Assembly (NCBI GenBank): GCA_038496445.1
Contig: JALMLS010000441.1
Location: 1-64,000, forward strand
Source: Trichosphaerium sp. ATCC 40318
Taxonomy: Eukaryota; Protista; Tubulinea
Direction of reading: 5' to 3'
Length of the DNA: 64,000 bases
Shown here: positions 12,701 to 24,733 of the stretch, piece after piece
Position numbering within the stretch: position 1 is the stretch's first letter
Layout of the letters: each line of letters opens with the position of its first letter
Made by a program: the position numbers and the translations under genes
Notes under the pieces: model-generated
Databases searched by the model: none
What the model was told of the DNA's origin: nothing
What the model saw: only the letters and a program-made list of their open reading frames with translations

Positions 12701-14113
12701 GAGGTTTTGTGGAAAAAGCAACTCATTACAGACTATTGGACCTTTTTGACCAAACCGACACTGTAGCCAACAGAGAGCTAAAGGTTCTTCGTAAACAGAT
12801 GTCAAAAATGCATGGATATGACCAAGTCACTGTTAAATCAGCATATCTTGTTTGCAATGATGTCTTGCTTCAGAACTTTGGCATGTACAATACAATAGTT
12901 AAGCATAGGCACCAGTATGTAGACATAAATGTTTACGGCTATTGATTGTTACCTAGAGAACTGCCCAAGTTGTTTTGTAGGAATGATTGGGAGCATGATG
13001 CCCACAACACTAAACGGACAAGCGTTTATAGCAAGTTTTCATCTTTGATTGCTGGATCAACCAACGCAGAACAGGTGCTGTTGTAATAACAACCCCTATA
13101 TGACTTATTAATTGTTCAGTTACCTGTTTTGTTAATGGCACATGGAACACGTGCAAAAGCAGCTTATAGTATTGTAAAAGCTGGATTTGGAACTGTAAGT
13201 GCATTGGATGCTGGATATTATGGACAAGGAATCTACTTTACAGTACTATTGTGTTCACTTGGTTTTTTCCTCTAACATGTTACCACAGAGTAGTCTCACA
13301 TATGCTGCCTCATATGACGAATCTCAAGGTGAAAAAACACTTATTCTGAGTTTAGTCACACCTGGAAATGTGTATCCTGTATGTACATGGGTTTGTTTGT
13401 TTATTTACAGCTTTGCTAGGTAATAGAAAAACCTACAGATCCTATTAATTTTCAGGGTAAGCCTATTAAACCTGGATACCAAAGTCATTATGCAGTTGTA
13501 AACAAATTGGGGCAAGCCGTGAAAGAAAATATTGACAAATGCAAATGGGATGAGTTGGTTGTAGCTCAAGGTAAGTAGTCATACGCCAACCATTATTGGT
13601 TTTATTTATAACGTGTTAATTTAGATGTACAAGCTGTTGCACGTTATGTCATAACAGTTGTAAAGAAGCCACGGAAACGAGTAATCCAGAACAAAAGCAA
13701 AGGAGCAAAAAAGAAAGCAAACAAACCAAAGCAGGCAAAGATTATCAAAACGATCGGAAGTGAAAACCTAGAAAACAAAGAGGTTGATAAATTGGAAGAT
13801 GATAGCGAGTCAGATGAGTTTTCTGATGACGACTCATTTAAAACTAAACGGTAAGGCTAACAAGACAGACTAGCTTAGTACTTATTTACTACAAAGAAAA
13901 TTATGGGCAGCTGCAAATCCAAATCAACTTGATCAACCGAGTGCACAAGATCAGCTTGTAATATCGTTAACACAAGAAGTCACAAAACTCAATCAAGAAA
14001 ACAAGGAAGCAAATACCAGAATCACGAAATTGGAGGAAGATAATGCAAATAAATGCAATCAAATTGCTGAACTACAAGCCCGAATTGCAATGCTTGAGAG
14101 CAAGAGTTCATAA
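9742..14113 (+). CDS. Ankyrin-repeat + PARP-type ADP-ribosyltransferase + C-terminal coiled coil (paralogue A)
   Basis: ATG 9742 (MSNQHQEHALTLA). About 11 ankyrin exons (GxTALHxA/xxGHxxxxxLLIxxxAxINAxDKDG) at 10074-11602. ART motifs: LMAHGT, DAGYYGQGIYFT, LVTPGNVYP, GYQSHY, WDELVV, QAVARYV. Heptad-rich end ...IAMLESKSS* (TAA 14111-14113). Confidence 0.88.
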
Positions 14114-14179
14114 CGATTTTGTGCTTGCTTCCTTCTGTATAATAAAAATTTCATTAGTTTCTGATAAGCGTCACTGTAT

Positions 14180-14295
14180 GCAAAGTTGCAACAGATACCA
14201 CGAATGTATCCTTATGGAGTACTGAACAGAAAGTCACGTGCATGCTATAAATCGGCTTAGCGCTACATAACATAGCACTATTTCAGGCCAAATCC
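14180..14295 (-). mobile_element. Partial reverse-oriented copy of the ~230-bp MITE family seen at 34181 and 35944
   Basis: aagtcacgtgcatgctataaatcgg and catagcactatttcaggccaaatcc match the reverse complement of the left end of the 35944-36184 element. Confidence 0.6.
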
Positions 14296-14528
14296 ACTGG
14301 CAGGGTATGAGAATATAGTAAAAGCACTGTAACTGTTAATAGATTCAAGAACTCCGTGGTACGCTATAAGCCACATGTGGAACAAAGCTAGACCAATGTT
14401 CTTCATTTAGAACGGATACACATTGAGCCTTGTAGAAGGCTTTGCATTGTAGTTATGTGGGCATACTTTTCCACCATGGAATCGCTTCTAAGCAGTCTTT
14501 TTTTGATATTTATTATTGTACATCATGG

Positions 14529-16967
14529 TTAGCGTTTTCCTCTATTTTTTGTAGAGCCACTGCTTTTGCGGGTATTTTTCTTATTACGTGATCCACCTGT
14601 ATTGTTTGTACGTACAGGGGCGCTTCTATTTTTTCTAAATATTAGCTTGAGTGGTGTTCCCAAGAATGAGAACTCATCACGAATTTGACGTTGTAAGAAG
14701 CTAATATATTGATTTGAAACAAGCTCTGGATGGTTCACAAAGAAAACAAAAGCAGGACCCTAATAAGGTACCCAGGTCATTAGTAATCGTATCAAAGATG
14801 GTTATGTAACGTACAGCCATATTTCCTTGTGTCACGTGACGAATCTTAAGCTTTTTAAGGCCAAGTTTTGGAGCTCCTCTGAGTAATGTAGCTTTTTCAA
14901 CAAGTCCAATCAAGTTGTTTGTTGAAATCTTTTTCCTCCTTTCTTTGGCTACTAGCAGAACATCGTCCAATAAATTAGGTACATTATAACCTAAGCAAGC
15001 ATAAGGACATTGAACACCATTAAAAAAAAGTTGTCAAAAGTCAGGGAGGCGTTCAGAAGTCGAAAAAAAAAAAGTTAGGTGTACCAGTTTTAGCAGATAT
15101 GAAGTCTATTGGGACAAAGTTTATCCACTCAATATGCTCTTGAAGTGCCTTACGATAACCTTCTTCAGTTGGTCTGTTTTTCTCACTTACTTTATCAGTA
15201 AGATCCCACTTATTTACAACAGTGATACAACTCTTGTACTGATCAAAAATATACGTCAAAAGCTTGTTATCCTAAAAAAAATTATTAAACACTCCGATAA
15301 AAAAAACTCGATCCAGGAACACGTGTTTAAAAAAAAGTACCTGTTTTACTGGTCCTTCAACTGCATCTATCATAAGTAAAGCAATATCAGAACGATCAAC
15401 AACCTTAAGAGCCCACATGGCGCTAAACAATAAATCAGTAAAAAAAGTAATAAATAAAAAACAGTTTCTGTACCTTATCTTCTCAATAGGCGAATCTTGA
15501 CTCTTTGGTCTCCTTACACCCGCAGTATCAATAAGTGTAATAGGTGTTTCCTTATCACCCCACTTTAAATGCTCATCAACAGGATCCATTGTTGTACCAG
15601 GAACATCTGAAACAACAGATCTCTCACGACCAGCAATATGATTCAAAAGACTAGACTTGCCAACATTAGGCTTACCAATGATAGCAACCTTAACATCCTT
15701 TCTCTTTGACTCATCATCTGACTACAACAATAAAATAAGAAAAACAAAACCAGTACACAGAAGGACAAAGACTAAAGGCCAAAAGGCCAAAAACAAAGAA
15801 AAGAACAAAAAAAAAACAAAAAAGACATAAAAACTTACAAATGGCATGAACCCCATACGCTTCGCTTTCTCCGTGAAGTTTTCCAATAAATTAACAATAC
15901 CCAAACCATGTATACCCGAAATAATTTCAGGTTTTCCTAAACCAAGACGAACAAATTTTGTGCATCTTCTCCCTATTTTTAAATTAGTAAAAGGTTTTTT
16001 TTTTCACGTGAGAAACACGTGCACACAAAAAAAAAGTTGCGTTCATAAAGTATGGTTTACCATTGTAGAGTTATCAGCTTTATTCGTTCCAAGAATTACT
16101 GGTTTTCCTGATTTCTTCAAGAGACGAGCAAGGAGCTTATCATGAGGGTGAATACCAGATTGACAATCTTTGAAAAGAGAAGATTACCAATCAGAATGTT
16201 ACGATTAAAAAAGTTGTAAATTTTACCTGTCATGTACAAAATAATATCAGCTTCGGATATAGCAACCATAGCTTGCTCATGAATTGACTTGGACCTGTCG
16301 AGATACGGTTAAAAAAAAAGAATTAAAAAATGTCAAAAGGAAAAAAAAAACAAAAGACCGTCGCGTACCAGTTGTCTGTCTCACCAAGCATACCACCTGT
16401 ATCTACCAATAGAAAACTCCAATCTAGCCAATCACATACACCATAAACACGGTCTCTAAAGCAGTTATGAGCGACAGACATAGAGAGACAACCCAAAAAA
16501 GAAAACACCTGCCAGTTTGACATTTTCGTTTTTATTTTCATTACCTTGTTGTCCCAGCAATGTCTGAAATCAATGCCTTTGAATACCCCACCAATCTATT
16601 AAATACAGTCGATTTACCTACGTTTGGACGGCCTACTATCGCAACTAAAGGCTTGAAGTATTTCTTCGTTGGTTCATCGAATCCAACTACGCTAAAACAA
16701 CTACCGTTAGCGAATAGAGTACTATACCGCGTTTTTAAAGTGCTTTTGAGGCTTTTTGGAAAGTTTTGCGCTCAGTGAGCTTACTTACACTTCTGAGCCT
16801 GGGACTTCCCTATCTTTTATGTTTGGAGAGTCTTTGAAGTCGAATTGAGATGGTCTAAAAGGCATTCTTCCTTTTGTATTAACTGTTGTACTACGTTGTT
16901 CTTTTGTCTTGTCGCAGTAGCATCGCACTCTTACAACCTTCGAAAACTCTATATAGCGTAAAAACAC
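14529..16967 (-). CDS. der: Der/EngA double-GTPase ribosome-biogenesis factor (probably mitochondrial); exact start uncertain
   Basis: GD1: [31 protein letters not shown]2: [44 protein letters not shown]-like end: [26 protein letters not shown]-terminal extension before GD1. Confidence 0.9.
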
Positions 16968-17284
16968 AGCTCATTGATATATAACCGTACTATTGACGTA
17001 TTTAGGCGCCCTTCGCGTATGCCTAGCGCTTTAGACAAGAATTAGTTGTTTGCATAGTTCGTTATCGCAAGTTACCTGGTAACCCCCCAAAGGCGTGCAG
17101 AGAATGTAAATCGGCGCATGAGGCCACTTGCGTTCAAATACAGTGCACGTAAACAAAAAACGATAAAAAACGGTCAAAATGTTGTCTTTTAGATTTACAA
17201 AGGGTCGACCTCTTTTTTACATGGGGCGAAATAAGGTACAACATGTTTTAACGCCAAAAAGGAGACGCTAAATGATCTCACGTG

Positions 17285-17652
17285 TTACTTTTTCTCTTTA
17301 CGTTTTTTACTTGGCTTCTTGTCCTCTGATTCAGTCTCAGCCTTTCTTTTTGCTGGTTGTCGCGCTTTAAGAGCTTCAAGATATCCAGGTGGTAATAAAT
17401 CCTCGAGAGGTACATCTGCTTCGCTTTCTAGTTGGTTGATCTCCTCCTTAGCGTCCTTTTTTGTCTTTACGTCATTTGCTTTTTACAAGTTAGTTAAATC
17501 ATACTACGTTATCTCTAATTACCCTCTGCTTGCGCTATAGAGTCTTCAACATCCTCTTCTTGATCAGGTTCAAACTCTTTATCTTTGCTTGGCGAAGTAG
17601 ACTTTGATTCTTTGGTTGCTTTGGTAGCTTTGGTATCTGCTTGTTTAGACAT
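17285..17652 (-). CDS. Small charged, probably nuclear protein with an 'EINQLESEADVPLEDLL' motif and a basic NLS-like tail
   Basis: Two exons: MSKQADTKATKATKE..DQEEDVEDSIAQAE / ANDVKTKKDAKEEINQLESEADVPLEDLLPPGYLEALK..KKPSKKRKEKK*. Confidence 0.7.
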
Positions 17653-17777
17653 TTTTGAAGATGCTTAGAAGAGTTTCAAGTTGTAACGCTTTCCCGCTAG
17701 AAATTTGAGGATTTCCGATATTTTATTCTACATCACATTCTCACAGAGGAGCGAATTAAAACAAGCATCTGTACATG

Positions 17778-18277
17778 TCAAATAGACGTTTCAGCAATTA
17801 CATACGCAATAGCATAGTCTATATCGTGAGAAATTGACAGGTGTATTTGTTCAATGTTCATTTTACGCACAATTCGCTCAGTTGCACCTTCAAATATAAC
17901 TTGAGGCTTTCCTATGCACCAATTAGCGAAGTGACGTTCGTTGCTCAAAAAAAAGTTAACGGCGTTACCTGACTCTGATTTTACGATATTAATCTCAGGG
18001 AACGCTATGCGATCTGTTGGACTGATTGCCTTCCATACTGCTTCTTTGGCAGCCCATCTTTGTTTTACATAAGATCAACGCAGAGATATACGCGTAAGTA
18101 CCTTGATGCGAGGTACTGGGTCGCTTTTTGTTCAGAAACAGATTTTCTCTGCTGAAACGAAGCTTGTTCTGCGCTATGTAGCACCTTACGCACGAAACGA
18201 TCGCCATAACGCTTAGAAACCCTCTCAATTCTACTTATCTGAGCAATGTCACAACCAATACCGCAAATACGTTGCAT
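17778..18277 (-). CDS. acpS: AcpS-type holo-[acyl-carrier-protein] synthase (4'-phosphopantetheinyl transferase)
   Basis: GIGCDIAQISRI..RFVRKVL..YLASR/WAAKEAVWKA..GKPQV..HLSISHDIDYAIAYV; two introns. Confidence 0.92.
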
Positions 18278-18389
18278 ATCTCTTTAACATGCGGTTATCA
18301 CCCGGTAAATTACCTGAGTTTACTTTATTAAGCGATTTTAAGCTTTTAAAAGTCAAACACGTTGATTTTGTTCAAAAAGTTTCTTATTT

Positions 18390-19791
18390 TCAAGCAGAGT
18401 CATGGAATTCTGCTGTTACTTCGCTAGCACCAGCAAGCTTGTTTATCTCAACTTCAGGTACTTCTTCGCCTTTGAAAAGGCGACAGAAATGATACAAATG
18501 TGTCATCTTTTCTTCTCGTTTTGTAATTGCTTTGAGTGTGTTCTCAACCCATTCATCTTCATCTAAAAGCAACTTTCCACCAAATTCAGTTACTAGTTCC
18601 TAACACAGTATGTCAGACAGCGACACATGTTAAAAAATTTGGTTTTATTTTGTGACAAGGCAACGACGTAGAAAAAATGTAAAAAAACATTGACGTACTT
18701 TTTTAGAAACGTATTTTTGTAACTCTTTTGGCTTTGCCAAAAAATTAATCATTTGCTTGTACTACAACAACAAGAGTAAGTAATTACAGATGTAATATTT
18801 TGGTATCAGAGAATGTTCACGAGAAACATTTAAAAACGTCACAATTTGAAAAAGGTGACACAAACTACTTTTTTCAAGAAATTCCAATTGTTGATAGTGA
18901 CGTTTCTACCAGTGACTGTAACCATTCTCCGTACGTATACTTACCTTTGCTGGTACCAATGGTTTGATAGCTAATGATAAAAAACCTGTTTAGCGATATG
19001 ACAAGGCGTGTGTTGTTCAAACAAAAATTTCTTTGACATTGGCTTTTTTTTCCTTTTGACGTACCATACCAAAGTGTTGAAACAATAAACGGAGAATTTA
19101 TAACAAGTATCTTATAGACACGCTAAAAGTTGTGTTATACTATTTCCCTACGCGTAGAGATACCTGTGGGAAGTATTTTGCGACTACAGCTGATACATCC
19201 TTCAAAATACCTTGATCTTTGTTTTTTAGACCGAAACTATGCGTTGTTAGTAGAATATACGCTGTTGAATACCTTCTTACCCTTTCATGTCGCATATTAT
19301 GAGTACTTGGCTTACATCCTTTGACATGTGCACTGTCATGGCCAAACAAACGGATAGAACCAGCTGTATTGTTTGTTCTCTCTCAAACTCTCCAGGTAAG
19401 TGGTTTTTTGCTCTAATCAACATGATTGGTCTACCCTGTATTGGTAAACGTTAGTTTATACATTAAAAACGAGTAAAAATACCTCTAGATCGTTTCCCAT
19501 CAATAGTACTTTTTTAGTTTTGATTTGTGCGCTCAAATCTGCTTTTAGAAGGTTTTCAACTTCACCAGACGCTAACCACGCATAGTAACGTTTTAACTAC
19601 GGGTTTTAGCAATGTTATATTGTCCGGTATCTAACCTTTGAATAAGCACCGTCTACATCGTAGTCCTTCTGCTTTAGAAAGCGATCAAAGTGATCGTCTT
19701 GGTCTTTACAGTTGTTAACCTCAACAAATGGTTTTTTCGCTGAAGAGATCTTTTGTTTTAACTGTTTAAGAGCTGTTGCTTCAGATGTCAT
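18390..19791 (-). CDS. Divergent CRAL-TRIO (Sec14-like) lipid-binding protein
   Basis: CRAL-TRIO N-terminal pattern DDHFDRFLKQKDYDVDGA, then GNDLE/GRPIMLIRAKNH, VVAKYFP, FINSPFIVSTLW; multiple introns. Confidence 0.7.
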
Positions 19792-19875
19792 GTTGGAGAG
19801 TTCGTTTAAAATTGGAACATTCTTGACTCGTATTGTAACGCTTAGAATAGTAATCCATCAACGAATTGGGGGTCA

Positions 19876-21721
19876 ATGAAGCTGTTTAAAGGTAATACGT
19901 GTGATGACATCATTGAATTTGTTAAGTCAGCGTGTCAAACGTCAGGGGATGCCCAAATGTCTACGGCGCATACAACAAAATTCGGCTGCCCACATATTGG
20001 TTGCTGGGCGAGTGATGGCGTTCGTTCACCTTTGATAGAACTACGTTCGAGTGCAACAACGAGCTGCCGCACACTGCTATGGTACAGACGATTTTTATCG
20101 GTATTCTAACAGCGTTTAGTTCGGTGTGCAAAAAAGCAGTTACAGCTTGCGATAATTGCTTTTCTTTGGTAGAAATAATTGAGGGGTGTGGTAAGGACAA
20201 TATAAGAGAGGATTTAAAAGTATTAACCTTTTGCGTAAAAGGTAGGTGCAGGAAATGCGGTTTTCCGAGTGTCGTCAATATAAAGACGCGCAATGCGCTT
20301 AAATTACCATCATTGGCGCCAACGTCTTCGAAAACCGTGGTAACTACATTATTGGCTATTTAAATACCCCAATAGCTAACCAATACGCGCAGCGCATCAT
20401 ACAGAGAAGAATCTCTGAAACAGGCTACATACAGTACAAAAAGGATGAACACGCACTCCTACAGTCACTCCTTGCTCCAAAGATTAACCTTGCAACAACT
20501 AACGCCGATTTGGGACAAACAGAGCCAAACAAGAACAGTACGACCTTTGAAAGTAAAAAAATTTCATACAAACTGAGTTGGCCTGTTTGTAGATTTGCCC
20601 AAGCCTCAAGGTATTGATGAAAGCACTGAAGACAAGAGAGGTGCTAAGAGAAAACGTTCTGATACTCCAGATAAAGATTGCGATATTACACGTGATGCAA
20701 AGAGATCCAAAACAAAGCATATAAATTTGACAGAAGTCAAAGTGTATCTTCCTGATAAAGACGTATTTTCAAGCTTTAGTAAGCAAGATCTAAAGTCACT
20801 TTGCGACGGTAAGGTTCAAATTTGTTTTTTCAGAACAAAGAGCTTGAGATTGAGAGTGTTTATTGACTCTGTTTTTTTTTTGTAGATGTGGAACAAGAGC
20901 GTCTTGATATTTTAGATTTTGATAAGAAGAATGAAGATACAAGGTTTTTAATGTCATTTCGTACATGTATATCTATTGGTATTTCTTCAAAATTAGGGGT
21001 AATGTTGTGTTCGTTTTTTTTTTTTTCGATCACGTGATTATTATAGAAAAATTTGTTGACGTTTTTTTTGGTTATAGATGTTGCAAGCGTTGTATGGAGG
21101 ACAAGGTGATGATAATACTACAGATATTTTTTTATCTGTCAGTGAGTTTTGTTGTCAGCAAGCTAATATTGTTTGTCAAAAACAAAATTCTGATTCAACT
21201 TCAAAAGTCTGGCAATCAGCTGCTAAAATGGCTGCAAATATCAAATCTTCTTCAAATAACGTTAAAACAGTTATTGCAAGAATACTTAAACAGAGGCATA
21301 AATGCGCAAGGTACAAAAAAGAGGCCATGGGCAACAATACTTTTTCTTGTTTTTTTCCACAAAAAGGTTCTTAACAGTTTTTTAGGCATTTGTTGAGTAG
21401 CTTGTCTTCTAATTACATTAAAACACTGTCATTGATTTCTAAAGAGTTATCTTCGTTATATAAAACGCTAGACGAGATATGGGATAAACAAAAGTCATCA
21501 CAACCAAGTGTAGTAGACAGAACGTAAGTCATCTGTTTTTTTTTTCAATACTTTTTTTTTGTTAGCAAGTGTTTAAGTTTTTCCGCAGGGAGCTACTTCA
21601 CGACTACAAAAGCACTGATATTGAAAAAGATATACTTTCTAGTGATGCTGTAGATAGATTAACATCTAAAATAGAGTTATGGACACAAATTTATAAGACA
21701 ATGTCGAGTTGTGTCTTGTAA
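19876..21721 (+). CDS. Multi-exon hypothetical protein (Cys pairs near N-terminus, helical C-terminus); start uncertain
   Basis: Exons at ~20079-20340 (CDNC..CRKC), 20394-, 20594-, 20886-, 21078-, 21388- and 21589-21721 (..IYKTMSSCVL*), separated by GT-AG introns with polyT tracts. Confidence 0.5.
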
Positions 21722-21873
21722 AAAACTGTAACTTTTTTCGAAAAAACATAACTGATTTCACATACTTGCTCCTCTGTAGGTCGGTCATATTATTGTAAAT
21801 ATAGTAAATAAATAACTGAAATAATGTATCAAACCTGTGTTTATTGATTATGATCGAGTCTCTTGATGATATT

Positions 21874-22645
<772 letters not shown>

Positions 22646-23955
22646 TTGTGGCACTTTAAAGCTTGGCTTAAAGAGTTGTTCCTATTTAAGTTCAAACGCA
22701 CCAGGAATACGACCGAAACTGCAGCACGTCGTTATTTTTAACCTCAATCATCAAGTGAGGTAGTAATGGCAGTCTTGGGTTAGCAAGAAAAGAAGACAGC
22801 CAAGGATGAATTTATGAGGTAGAAAAAGCAGCGTAGAGAAGTCGCATTCGCGTCTGTGCATCTTTTTCACCACTGGGAAAGGCTTGGAGGTACGAGGATA
22901 CGATTTTTGTTTGTGGAGTCTAAACGCTTATTAAAGCAACTAATTTACTAGTTAGAGCAAAGATGAACACTGTGTTATCTAGAAAATTGAAAACCGCCTG
23001 ACACAGCTTTGGGTGTGCACTTTACGCGCTGATAACATTGCTACTATAAAAACGCTATCGGTACCTATCCAGAATTACATTTACAGTTTTTGATCAAAAA
23101 CTCGAGTACCGTTCAATACAAGCGCCTTCAATTTATTTGGAGTGCACATAGAAACTCTTACGCAAAATTAGTGCTCAAACCAGGTGCAACAAACAAAAAA
23201 CTCTTTAGTATTAAAAAACGCACATAAGCTGTTTGTTAGTTGCAATTGCACTTTCATACGCGCATGATAATTGAAAACTCCATTTTGTTCACTTTTCGTG
23301 TTACTTACTATAGCTACATAGACGATAATGAGTATGAAGTGCTTCTAAGTGCATACGACTGGTATTGTCCAAGGATACGATTCATAGCACGAGACCTTTA
23401 CCTAATTGCTGCAAACACATCATATTTCACGCTCTACGTTAAATGTCAGTTGCTTCAAGCGATTAGAATTTTCTGTGGGATGTGGTGCGGTTTGGAGCAA
23501 AATAGGGGTTGAGCGTCAATGCAGCGTGTTGTTCATTTGGAGCGAAGATTTTACGCGACAGTCCGAATTAACGTCATAGTTTTTGTCAACTCTGATGTTC
23601 TAGTTTGTTTAATGCTCTTTTCACGTAGGTATAAGCTTGTTGCACGCTACACGTTAAATTTAGATACTGCATAGGCTCAATTATGTCGAAAACTATAAAG
23701 GTATTTACGTACAAGCGTTCTAGTGTACTTTCTGACTAATATTTAGGTGTTAACTGACAATTTTGGTTCTAAATGACTTCTAACGCAGTTTTTAAAGAAT
23801 TGAATGCTCGGAATATATGGTACACAAGTAGATACGCTGTTTATGGGTGTTCTAAAGTTCGATAAAAGTGACAGAGTTTATATTTTGGGCAGTTTTCTCG
23901 TATAAGGAATGGTCATGATCAGTAATACTCTAAAAGTACCCCAATACAACCTCAA

Positions 23956-24369
23956 ATGCTTAAATTTATTGTTGCAACTCTTGGCTCCATCCGATCGGCT
24001 ATTACAGGACAACGACAACGTCCACGACACGGAAGAGCTTACATCCTTGCTCGAGCACAAGCACAACAACGAGAGAACGCACAGCGCGAAGCGGAGGCGG
24101 CTAATAACACTACCGACAGCCGAACAGAAAACAACCCACCAGACTCAAAGACAGGCCGCAAAACGACACCGAAGACGTCGAAGAGGCACCTGATAACGGT
24201 AGAACAGTTCAATGCCAAACTTGCAAAGTTGAAGAAGTTACGCCAACAGTCCTTTAAGAAAGCGGCGAAGACAGTAAAAGAGGCAAAATCAACTGTCAAA
24301 GAAGCTACTAAAGCCTCTGCCTTCACAAGACATCTTCAAGAGAAAAGATCTAGGCGCCAACGGAAATAA
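23956..24369 (+). CDS. Possible intronless small basic (Lys/Arg/Ala-rich) protein
   Basis: 137-aa ATG ORF, higher GC than its flanks, AATAAA at ~24479. No recognisable domain. Confidence 0.35.
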   Translation: MLKFIVATLGSIRSAITGQRQRPRHGRAYILARAQAQQRENAQREAEAANNTTDSRTENNPPDSKTGRKTTPKTSKRHLITVEQFNAKLAKLKKLRQQSFKKAAKTVKEAKSTVKEATKASAFTRHLQEKRSRRQRK

Positions 24370-24733
24370 CTCTACTCCCTCCACCACTCCCAAAACTAAT
24401 GGTTTAGACGCCCATCCTTACCTACCATCAATATTAGAAATACCTAAAGTTCCACCTACATCTGTAAACTAAAACTGTAAATAAAAGTACCTGTATCATA
24501 AACCAAAGCCTTTTGTTTTTTTGTAGAATCGGTGATCAGAGTAGACACTTAACCTTTCAGATTAATTTTGTTGTTGACTACTCGCTTACAAGGTTTGTGG
24601 AGCTCGTGGTAAGGACACTTTCTAGTATGATAGAACGTCATGAACAGATGAAAAAGGGTAGTGGATTTAAAGTCAACGTTTGTTTGGTTAAGTCGAGTGT
24701 CATTCGTCTAGTATGTCTCGAAGTAGGAAGTAC

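Noticed and set aside
9742-14113. Calling the ankyrin-ART genes tankyrase
   Set aside because: No SAM domain, no tankyrase-type catalytic signature, and the ART motifs match the neighbouring Roco-ART instead.
22760-23900. Gene or retroelement in the gap after HINT (ORF 23240-23512)
   Set aside because: Non-ATG ORF with no recognisable motif, no terminal repeats and no consistent exon chain.
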